A DNA stretch of 64,000 nucleotides, taken from the NCBI GenBank assembly GCA_964035545.1, contig OZ037765.1, positions 5,962,698 to 6,026,697 of the forward strand, written 5' to 3'. Shown here in pieces: positions 17,801 to 29,800 of this stretch. This DNA is from Bugula neritina. Lineage: Eukaryota; Animalia; Bryozoa. The stretch's first letter is position 1. Each line of letters starts with the position of its first letter. The translations under genes were made by a program, and so were the position numbers. Under the pieces are notes generated by a model. It was given only the letters and a program-made list of their open reading frames with translations. It did not search any database and was not told the DNA's origin.

Positions 17801-20800
17801 TTCCTGGTCAGTGAGGTCCGAGGGCTGTCCCGCAGTCTGCTGGGCCTCCGGAGATCCACACTACACGACATTTGATGGCATACACTACTCGTTCATGGGT
17901 AGCTGCAGCTATGAGCTTGTCACTCATATCAATCAGAGTTTTGCTATCACTGTTGAGAACGTGCCCTGCGGTGTCAGTGGTGTTACCTGTACAAAGGTGA
18001 GTTGTGTTACCTGTACAGAGTTACCTGTACAAAGGTGAGTAGTGTTACCTGTACAAAGGTGAGATATTTCTAAGCGAGTATACATGTAGGACAGAGTTCT
18101 AAAGAGTTTGATAATTTAACAGCAGCTGCTGCTACAATTAATCTGTCATATTAACCAATTTTTGATTATGCGTTTTATTGCCGATTCTACAAGCTGATTT
18201 GTAATAGTTAGTTCCTCATGCAGCAAACGAAATTTAGCAGTTATATTTATAAAGCTCAATCTATGAACAGTAGCTGTTCCAGTATTTAGTCTGTGGTCAA
18301 CTTAGAATAATTAATTGCTAACATAATTCTATGTAACATACACCTTCACATTAAAAGAAACTAATATTTTTACCAAAGTGTGTTAATTCCAACCAATGTG
18401 CTCAAACTATTATTTGGATCAATATGTTTGCTAATTTAAGTTTGTGAACATGATGTAGGCGGTGCATATAAAGGTGAATCAGCACCGTATTGACCTGGTC
18501 AGAGGAAAAGCTGCTACTGTGAACAACGTGACTCTTACTGAGAATGTCTATTCATCTAATGATATAAAGATAGGCCGAGCTGGGCTGTTTGTTGTGATAT
18601 ATGTGCCAGAGTATGGCATGGAAGTTATGTGGGATGAAGGTAAACACTATTTTCTTCCTCTAATTCTCACCTTTTAATAAGAAACAACTGTTTCAGTAAT
18701 TTTATGTTAACTACAATTTCATTCATTCAAATTGAATTTAAGTAAGACTGTGTTTACTGCCCGCAAATTTAAATAATAATAGTATATGTTATATCATATT
18801 AGTCTCTAAATAAGGTATGATGGTACTTAATATGATGTATTATATTGTAAAGTGATACAATATTTTATAATCTGGTATAGTACTGTACAACATTATGCCA
18901 TAGTATATAATATGGTATAATGATATTAAGGTATAATATTATACAGTATGGTATATTATTAGTAGTGATTCATCTCAATTATACAGCAAAATAAAACAGT
19001 AACTTATTAATCACACAATGTAGCATAACGCTGTTCACATATGACTTGTACATACCGCTACTGACTGCCAAATATTACCTCACAGGCACGAGAGTATACG
19101 TCATGCTAGACAGGAAGCACATGGGACAAGTACGAGGACTCTGCGGTAACTTCAATGGCCGATCGGATGATGAGTTTGCCAGTCGAACCAACTCCACTGA
19201 AAGCAGACCGTCTGTGTTTGGAGAGAGTTGGAAGTTATCCGATAGCTGTCCTAACGTCGTACAGGATGTTCCAGATGAGAACACCAGTCCTTGCGGCACT
19301 GCCAATGGAGTAAGTTGAATTATTGGTTTTCATTTCAATTTTTATAAAATATATCATTTGTGGATTTATTGAATTATAGTTCCACTAACACATGTAGAAA
19401 ATGTTCTAATCACCCTATTTGGCATAAAACCTGAATCTATTATTGCAAATTAACATAGAATGTTTACCTGTAAAAGCATTATTTTTATGATTTTATTGTA
19501 TTTATATACTAAATATAATTAATTCAAAATTTTGCAAACACAATGTTAGGCTAAGTGTATACATGGGCAGTTTATATAAGTGTGTGTCTTTAGATACCCC
19601 TAGCTCACAGAGAACCTTGGGCTAAGGCTAAGTGCGCCATTATCATGGAGGGCCCAGAGTTTGAGACGTGTCGAAGTAAATTACTTCATCCAGTATTACA
19701 ACAATTCTACATGGACTGCCTGTTTGATGCTTGCAGGTTGGTATAATATTTACATGTACACACACAAAACACACATGACACACACACGACACGCACGACA
19801 CAAACACACATGATACACACACGACATGCACGACACACGCACACATGTACTAGTTGTAGTTTGCTCAAAATATCCAACCTATTCTAGAATAATAAGAAAT
19901 GCTATACATGAAAGCAGAATATTTTAGGTTTTACATATATTTGCTACTCATTGTAAACAATTATAAGCATGGCTGAGTAAAGTGCATAGAATGCTAATCT
20001 GTTGTTGTTTAGGTGTTCTTCATATAGGAGTTATATTAAACTTTACGTTGTTATCTTAAAGATGTGACAAGGGAGGAGACTGTGAATGTTTGTGTACTGC
20101 TATTGCAAACTTTGCTGAAGAATGCACCAAACTTGGACATCCTTACAAGTGGAGACACCAGGAACTGTGCCGTGAGTCTCCAGATCTCTGTCCATTAGTC
20201 TTGTACAACAACTTATACATATAAATATATCTCTTTAATTTATCTAGCTCGATATTTCTTTTTGCGTCAAGTTTCAATGTTTTTTTAAAGTGAAACAGTT
20301 GGCTATTTGTGACACAGCCAATGTAATATGTTCGTGTATTTGATAGCTATGCAGTGCGACAATGGCTTAGTATACTCCGAGTGTGGACCACCGTGTGAAC
20401 AAACCTGTCACAACCTCGGCGAAGAGATGGAGCCTCATTGCAAGAACACCAAGTGTGTGGAGGGCTGTTTCTGCCCCCCTGGATACATTAGACATGGTAA
20501 AAGACACTCTGGCTACACATCTTATGATAGACACACCCATGTTTTCTCCAACTTTGCTGTGAGTTTGCAATGTGGTATATGCTGGTTGCAGGGGATGGAT
20601 GTATTGATGCTATTGATTGTCCATGTGAACACGAAGGAGCCCTCTACTTGCCCAACACTCAGATGTCTTACAACTGCCAGAACTGGTATGAAATAAACCA
20701 ATACTTGCATTACAGTCATATACTGGCTAATTGCTGAGTTTATTTAGTGCTATAAGGAACATTAGCCTTGTGTTTGTTTCTTGACTTGAATTCATTTAAT

Positions 20801-23800
20801 TTTTATATTTTAGAACTCCAGCTTTTATAAAAAAGGCTTTTTTTAAACAAAAATTTAATTTGTTTCACGTTTTTCACTTTTCCTTATACTGGTTGGACAT
20901 ATTCAAATTTTCTAGTTATCATTTGTAGGTCAATTTACCATATACAGTCTGAAATATGTGAATGCCTTGAGTTCTTCAATGTGAAATTAATTGTTAATTT
21001 ATGTACATGAAATCGAATATTTTCGCTGACTCCACCTGTCACCTTTGCTCCACCTCTCACACTGACTCCACCTCTCACCCTGATTTCAACTGTCACCCTT
21101 ACTCTACCTGTCGCCCTGACTCCATCTGTCACACTGACTCCACCTTTCACACTGACTCCACCTGTCACCCTGACTCCACCTGTCACCCTGACTCCACCTG
21201 TCACCCTTACTCCACCTGTCACCCTGACTCCACCTCTCACACTGACTCCACCTTTCACCCTGATTTCAACTGTCACCCTTACTCCACCTGTCACACTGAC
21301 TCCACCTGTCACACTGACTCCACCTGTCACCCTGACTCCACCTGTCACCCTGACTCCACCTGTCACCCTTACTCCACCTGTCACCCTGACTCCACCTGTC
21401 ACCCTGGCTCCACCTGTCACCCTGACTCCATCTGTCACCCTGACTCCACCTGTCACCCTGACTCCACCTGTCACCCAGACTCCACCTGTCACCCTGACTC
21501 CACCTGTCACCCAGACTCCACCTATCACCCTGACTCCACCTGTCACCCTTGCTCCATCTGTCACCCTGACTCCATCTGTCACCCTGACTCCACCTGTCAC
21601 CCTGACTCCACCTGTCACCCTGACTCCACCTGTCACCCTGACTCCACCTCTCACCCTGACTTCACCTTTCACCCTGAGCAGGTGTGGTTTAAAACTCAAA
21701 CATACTGTAATGGCAGCCACAACATTTTACTGTTGCACCCTTGGGGTAGTGCTTTTCATTTTACAGAAATGGTATATATCTGAGCACTTTTGTCTGTTTC
21801 AGTACCTGTGATCATGGAATATTTGAGTGTGTCGGGGAGTCATGTGGCCCCCTTAACTGCACAGACATGGAGTTCACTTGTAGCATTGGCAACTGTATAC
21901 CTAAGCTCTGGGTATGTGATAGCATGCCAGATTGTGAGAACGGAGAAGATGAAGAAGGCTGTGGTATGTTGGACATAACAACTTGTTCAATATGTTCACA
22001 GGCTACCTACATGTATATCATGACTCTAGAGGTGCACTTTTGTATGTCTGTTGGTTATTTGGTAGTTGGCCTCAGTTTACTTTATAATCTATTATCTGAG
22101 TGTTATTATTTCGTGGGTTGCTAGTAATAGCGTATCCACCATTCTTCTTTTACAGATTACAGCTGTGCCGAAAATGAATTCAAATGTGTAATGAGTAGTA
22201 AATGTATTCCACGATCAGATAGATGCAACGATGTGGTGGATTGTTTTGATGGCAGTGATGAGCTACTATGTGGTAGGTAACATCTTTTTCTATCAGTTTG
22301 CTTTTATAAAACCGTAAACTAGCCAATGACAATGTAACAGTGCACTCAGCTAAAATTGCTAAAGTTTTTTTCATAATTTATTCAAAGTTATTAAAATTTG
22401 TAAGTTTTGTATTTTTGTTTAAAAAATGAAAATTTTATTAGTTACGCCATGACAAGGCTAATTTTATAATTTTTGATTGGTGGGTGGAATTTTATAAACA
22501 AGGAAATCTGATAATATTATTTGTATGACTTGTATTCATATTTATTGTTAGTATTTACTGCTACAATATAATATCACATGTGGCTGTAAGTGGTGGGTTA
22601 TTCTGTACTCTGTAGACATGGAGTGCGAAAGTAACCAGCTGAAGTGTGGTAACGGCAGATGTATCATGAAAAGCTTCAAGTGTGACGGCTACCCAGACTG
22701 TGGGGCCATGGATGACACAGATGAGTCTGATTGTCCAGGTAGCTTCTGTTTGGTGCTTATAGTTTATGAGTTGTGAGACTAACCAACCTTTCTTCAGAAT
22801 CAGGCGTGTTTCTGTTTCACTGCGCTTTCAGACTTTGCATTATGGGAAAAGGTTTGTCATTTGATCAATGGGAGCAGTGTCATTGGAATAATGCCACAAC
22901 GCGGTATGGGTAAAAAAATATTTGAATAAACTGGCCATTCGCGTTCATGTGTAGTATGGGAATACAGTGATTGACTAGCGATAAATTTTGGCATTACGCT
23001 CATTTAGTCTGTAAGAGAAAAAACTTCAAAGACTCCCTTTGTGGTATTTCTCAGAACTAGAACACAAGCTTTCACTGATTTTGTTATGGCTGCATCTTCA
23101 CCATCAAGTCACACTAAATCCGTTTGATAATTTTAAGAAACTACTGTTTATCTATATTTTCAAATGTTCAGTGTGCACCAAAAACAAAATCATTTATGAG
23201 TCAAGTAAAAATGACTGAAAAGAATTTAATAGATTGCATAATACTAAATTACATTTCACTATATTTTGTATAGTCCTAATTTATAGTTTGTATGTATAGT
23301 TTGTATGTATAGTTTGTATGTATAGTTTGTATGTATAGTTTGTATGTATAGCTCATACTTATGTATTTTAGTATCAGCCTGCATACCCGGAAGAGAAATG
23401 TCTTGTATATCTAACCTTGGAGATCACATCTGTCTGCCAATTGCTCAAAAGTGTGATGGTCATGATGACTGTGGAAATGGATTGGATGAGGCCAACTGCC
23501 GTAAGTAGTATTAGCTAATCTAAACAATGCCATCTAGAAAATACTGTAAACTGTTTACATATTGACATGCTCATGTGATGAAATAACACTAGTTATACGT
23601 TGCTTTAAGCGATAAACATTAAAATTTGTTTCAGCTTAAAAATTATTTAAAGTTTGGAAGTTTTTGCATAAAAATAATCATTTTTAAAGCTGTACTTGCC
23701 TATTAGCTAAGATAACTGACAAAATCTTCATTTTCCTAATTATTTCAGCTTGCACATGTAAAGGCAACAACACTATGACATGCGATGTATGTAAATGCAT

Positions 23801-26800
23801 TGACGTGAATAAAGTGTGCGATGGGGTTGGCGACTGTTTGGACAACACGGATGAAGCCAATTGCCGTAAGTTTTACTAGTCACATGACATACCAATACAA
23901 AACACTGAACCGGATATTTCTTATTACCAAACATTGTAGCTATAGTATATGGAGTGATGAAAAAAATGTAAAAATTATGCACACTTAAACTATAAACACT
24001 ACATTTGAGATGTTGATGAGATTTGTGTATTTCTCTTACAGCATGTGGGGAAGGTTACTATATGTGTAACAACAAGACATGTATTTCTAGTCACAAAAGA
24101 TGTGATGGTGTTGAAGATTGTTCTCAGGGTGAAGATGAGATTTGTTCAACGACAACAGGTATAAGGCTTTTCACGGCAAGGCGTGTTTAAAGATATACGT
24201 TCTGCATATCTAGATTACATATAATATATTTATACATATAATATATAAAGTTACCAGATGTAGTTAGAATGTGCTATCTCTTGTCTTTTAATGTTCTGCA
24301 GCAAAAGCACAGTTTTAGCTCTATTGGTTGTCACTATTAGTTCCGTCTGTTTGAATTTACGACAAAAGATACAAAATCATTGCACAATGTTGTAGTGTTG
24401 ACTCGACACAGGTTAGCTTCACTTTGAATGATATGATTTTATAAAATATTTATAGTAAAGCCTACACCAACAACTACGGGATTACCATCTATTAGTACTA
24501 CAACCACTCCTACTACCACTGCCAGTACTAGTACTACCACCACCACCAGTACTACTACTACCACCACTCCAACCACCACCCGTACTACTCCTACTACCAC
24601 TGCCAGTACTAGTACTGGTACTACTACTGTCGAATGTGACCCAGTGAATGGAATGTCGGAGATTAATTTAATTCCTGACAGATACATAAACGTAAGTTGA
24701 CATTTGAAAAGATTTATTTGTCATACTTATACTGTTCATCTACTTAGAAAGTGTAAGCTGTGACTTTGATCTATCTGTAGCTTCAGCAAAGAGTGTAAAT
24801 GGAGTTGTTGTCTCATTTATATAGGTAAGCTCAGGTGTGAAAGAATACCTTCGCCCAGGACCTGCATTCCCTCTTCTTTGGCAAGGTGATAAAAATAATG
24901 AACAGGCAATCACAATTCAATTGAGTCAAGACCCTAGCAAAGAAATATACGTCAAGAGTGTAGTTCTTCCCGAGATAAGAAATGCAGGCTTGGTTGAAAT
25001 CATCCTTCTTGACAATTCTGAGAGAGGGTACAGCTTTAAAAGTGTTGATGAGGTAAAGTTTACACTCATTGGTCTAACAAACAACTCATCTGTAGCCAAA
25101 TCACAAATCTTTAACTATATTTTCATTAGCTGCAAATCTTTCGACGTTGAAATTGCATTAATGAGTTGTTACTGATGTTTCCTATCGGATTGTTTTGATC
25201 TACTTAATTTTGATCAATAAAAAAATGATTGTTTAAACTTATAATGCATGATGTGAGATGGTATACAGTGATATTCTACATGAGTAATATGATGTATTAA
25301 TTTGCTTCATGACGGTTGATTGACTGCTAGTAAATATTCAGTTGATTTCTAGAACATTTCATCTAGTTGTCGCAGTTTGGTCTGTTTTTTAAGTTCTGTT
25401 CATGTTCTCATATTATGTTCATGATTATGTTAGTGCAACTTCTGTAGGACCCTGAGGCCGCTGAAGACTATGCAGTAGAAGCGTACGGTTACAAGATCAT
25501 TGTTATAATGAATACTGGAGAGAAAGCTGAGGGTATCCGTATTGAAGCTAAGTTAGACATCGAGGCTTGCTTTGAGCACGTGTCACTACCAACCACAACT
25601 TTGAGAAGTAAATCTACGGCTGCTGTTGGCAAGGAAACTACCACTACCGCTGTCTATTTCAGCACATCCACGACTGAGCGTTGTGTTATGGTTGACGGGA
25701 TGTACAGCCCTGTGTTTATACCTGCTCAGTGGATACACGTGTCTTCGGGGGACAAGGAAAAGCTGAGACCAAGTCAGGCTGTTGGGTGGCAGTCACAGAG
25801 TTCTGACGATAAGCCATCTATAACAATATTCTTTCTATCGAAACCAGTTTATGTTAAAAGTCTGACTTTGATAAATACAAGAAATGTGAAGAGTTATAAT
25901 GTATATTTGACAACAGCGGTTGGAAAGATGGACTTGAAGCAGCAAGATATTGCAGTAAGTTTGAAGATTTATACTCGATAGTGTTATGAGTGTCAGGCAG
26001 CCATGGTGTAGGAAAAGCTGTTATTATATTCAGTGAGACATATGAATTTAGCATGATAATTTGTGTTCACAGTGGGTTGTGACTTTCAAAGTTGAAATTT
26101 CTTATTTTGTAACTGTTGAAGGATCCTACAGTTGGAATTGGTGCAACACTCCTTGTGGTAAAGATAGAGCTACTTCCTGTTGATGAGAGTTATTCTGTCT
26201 ACACATCCCTTTCAGTTACCGGATGCTTTGAAGAAGGTGAAGAGCTGCTTGACTAAACTATTGTACTTAATTTTTAAGTTTCATCTGGAAAAGTTATGTA
26301 TTATCTAAAGGTTGGAAGTAGCATAAGATAGGTGAAGACTGCAGGCATATACTCAGTTACTACCAGCTTGGATAATTTGTTGTCATTGGCTCTGTTTTAA
26401 CTGTTTAAAAATTGTATTTTCGAACATGTTTTGCAAGTGAGAGTTAAAATGTCACTGGATTGTGTATAATTTGAATAGATTTTGCAAGTTCTCCTGTCTT
26501 GTGTATTGCAGAACAAACAACAAGCAGCATTCAAGCTCCCACGACCACTGTGGTTCCGTCCACTGCTACCACTTCAAATATTTGTGAGCCTGTAGCTGGA
26601 ATGTCAGAACCTGGATTTATTCCTGATGAACATATACATGTACGTTTGCATTTCATCTGTCAGATGATGGGCTGTAAATAGTTCCATACACTAAATAATT
26701 AACTGAGAACAAAAAGGATATGATGCCATTGTTATTCTAACAATGTGTTTGACTTTAGAGATGTAACAATTTTTGTCATGTCCTTGACACTCAATTATTA

Positions 26801-29800
26801 GGTTAGGAGTTGTTCCCTTTGTGATGGTGCATCATTCAACCTAATAATCTAAAGCAAAAGCATAAAAGTTTCAGGGATTGGCTGATGCATGAAATCCGAA
26901 GTTTGTGACAGTAATGTTCTTAAAAAACATAGATATTTGGGTAGTGGCATAAATAATTTTATTTTGATTGATTATGTGAAAAGACTTTGTAGAAAGCTTG
27001 GAAACATATTTTTGTATTTTACTATCTAGCAGTGGTGCAGATGCGATGTTTTAGTTGTATTCTCATGTTCTAACAGTTACACTATAAAGTTCTTTTTAAA
27101 GATTATTTCAAAGGTTTGCTGCATTTACAATTTAAAAAATTAAAATCAGTAAGTTTTTGAGTTGTTTGAATTATTTGATTGACGCCAATATTTTTCAAGG
27201 GTGAACTACCCATTGTAAGTTTCTTTTTTTGTGATAAAATACTGAGGAAAAGTTGAACAATTTGAAAATAGAGAACTTCAGATGGTGCTTTAGACCTGAA
27301 TAAGATGAATGGAAACTTAATGCTTTCTACTAAAGACAAAAGTTAGGGAAAGAGATTCATGACAGAAAACATAGATTATAGAATGATTTACATATCATAT
27401 AAACCGAGTAAAAGTATGGTTCAATGTTTTGTTTTTAAGGTAGTGTGTGAATTATGCGTTGTTTCTACAGGTAAGCTCAGGGGAAGGAGAAAATCTACGC
27501 CCTGGCCCTACTTTCCCTCTCAACTGGGAAGCTGATAGTAATAAAAATCAAACAATTACAATTGAATTAAGTAAAGATCCGAAGAAAGAGATATATGTCG
27601 AGAAGTTAGTTTTCCCAGAGATTGTGGACACTGATTATGTGCAAATTATTCTGGAAGACAACTCAGAAAAAGGATATAGCTTTATAGACTTGGAGGAGGT
27701 AAGAAAATCATTAGATTGATTGGTAAAAAAAAGCTGAAGTAATATGGAACATAATTTCTTTCCCTAATCACCAGAAAATATTATTGGAAAAGGTACAAAG
27801 TGGCTGAGGATCTTGCTGCTATTCCTTGAACATGTAGAGTTACCAAACGTGATAATTTGTTGCAGGCTCCAGCGGCAGCTAAGGAGTATTATATTCAAGC
27901 TATGGGTTCAAGAATCTCTATCATAATGCACAAAGAAAACAGCGCGTGGGGGACTCATATAGAAGCAAAGCTAGAATGTTTTGCTTGCTATGAACCAATC
28001 ATAGAGCAAACCACTGTGTCTGAAACATCTCCTTCTACTGCTTCTCCAGCCACTACAACTGCTGAATCTTGTGAAATCGTCGATGCAATGAAGGAGCCTC
28101 AGTATTTGCCAACGTATCGCATTGAAACTTCACCAAGTGATAGTGAGAAAAAGAATCTGAGACCGGCAGAGTTGCTTCCATGGGTATCGAAGGTGCCCGC
28201 TGTTGGTAATGAAAAGCCGTTTGTCACGGTAACTTTGACTGATGACGGTTCATTGGCTCCAGTAGACAGACTAGAGTTCCCTGTGTTGGAGAATGTTGAT
28301 GAAGTTACAGTTAGCATTATGACGAGTCCTGATGGACCTGAGAAGATTGTGACACCTGAAGAGACATTGCCAACCACAAGCGGTTTGATTGTGAAATTGA
28401 AGTCCCAACCAGAAGCTTTGACAGTGGTCATTAGATTTTCACCAACTGATTCTTCAAAACCAGTCAAGGTGCAACTCGATGTGTTTGCTTGTTTGAAACC
28501 AATAGAGTCAACCACTAGCAAACTATCAACAACTTCAATGAGAGTCCCGACTGAAACAACAACTTCATTAAAGACAACTCCATCAACTGCTTCTCCAGCC
28601 ACTACGACTGCTATATCTTGTGAAATCGTCGATGCAATGAAGGATCCTCAGTATTTGCCAACGTATCGCATTGAAACTTCACCAAGTGATAGTGAGAAAG
28701 AGAATCTGAGACCCACAGAGGTGCTTCCATGGGTATCGAAGGTGCCCGCTGTTGGTAATGAAAAGCCGTTTGTCACAGTAACTTTGACTGATGACGGTTC
28801 ATTGGCTCCAGTAGACAGACTAGAGTTCCCTGTGTTGGAGAATGTTGATGAAGTTACAGTTAGCATTATGACGAGTCGTGATGGACCTGAGAAGATTGTG
28901 ACACCTGAAGAGACATTGCCAACCACAAGCGGTTTGATTGTGAAATTGAAGTCCCAACCAGAAGCTTTGACAGTGGTCATTAGATTTTCACCAACTGATT
29001 CTTCAAAACCAGTCAAGGTGCAACTCGATGTGTTTGCTTGTTTGAAACCAATAGAATCAACCACCAGCAAACTATCAACAACTTCAATGAGAGTCCCGAC
29101 TGAAACAACAAGTTCATTAAAGGCTACTCCATCAACTGCTTCTCCTGCCACTACGACTGCTATATCTTGTGAAATCGTCGATGCAATGAAGGATCCTCAA
29201 TATTTGCCAACGTATCGCATTGAAACTTCACCAAGTGATAGTGAGAAAGAGAATCTGAGACCGACAGAGGTGCTTCCATGGGTATCGAAGGTGCCCGCTG
29301 TTGGTAATGAAAAGCCGTTTGTCACGGTAACTTTGACTGATGACGGTTCATTGGCTCCAGTAGACAGACTAGAGTTCCCTGTGTTGGAGAATGTTGATGA
29401 GGTTACAGTTAGCATTATGACGAGTCCTGATGGGCCTGAAAAGATTGTGACACCTGAAGAGACATTGCCAACCACAAGCGGTTTGATTGTGAAATTGAAG
29501 TCCCAACCAGAAGCTCTGACAGTGGTCATTAGATTTTCACCAACTGATTCTTCAAAACCAGTCAAGGTGCAACTCGATGTGTTTGCTTGTTTGAAACCAA
29601 TAGAATCAACCACCAGCAAACTATCAACAACTTCAATGAGAGTCCAGACTGAAACAACAACTTCATTAAAGGCTACTCCATCAACTGCTTCTCCGGCCAC
29701 TACGACTGCTATATCTTGTGAAATCGTCGATGGAATGAAAGATCCACAATATTTACCAAATAATCGCATCGAAACTTCACCAAGTGATAGTGAGAAAGAG

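Larger units (their letters stand above)
10515..20685 (+). other. Exons encoding three VWD-C8-TIL(-VWC/E) assemblies
   Basis: VWD1: [14 protein letters not shown]...[12 protein letters not shown]2: [14 protein letters not shown]...[11 protein letters not shown]3: [14 protein letters not shown]...[10 protein letters not shown]8 modules (e.g. [10 protein letters not shown]...EWRTSSLC) and TIL modules ([18 protein letters not shown]) are present. Confidence 0.92.

Noticed and set aside
20935-21783. 260-261 aa ORFs on both strands
   Set aside because: They are translations of the 18-bp intronic minisatellite.
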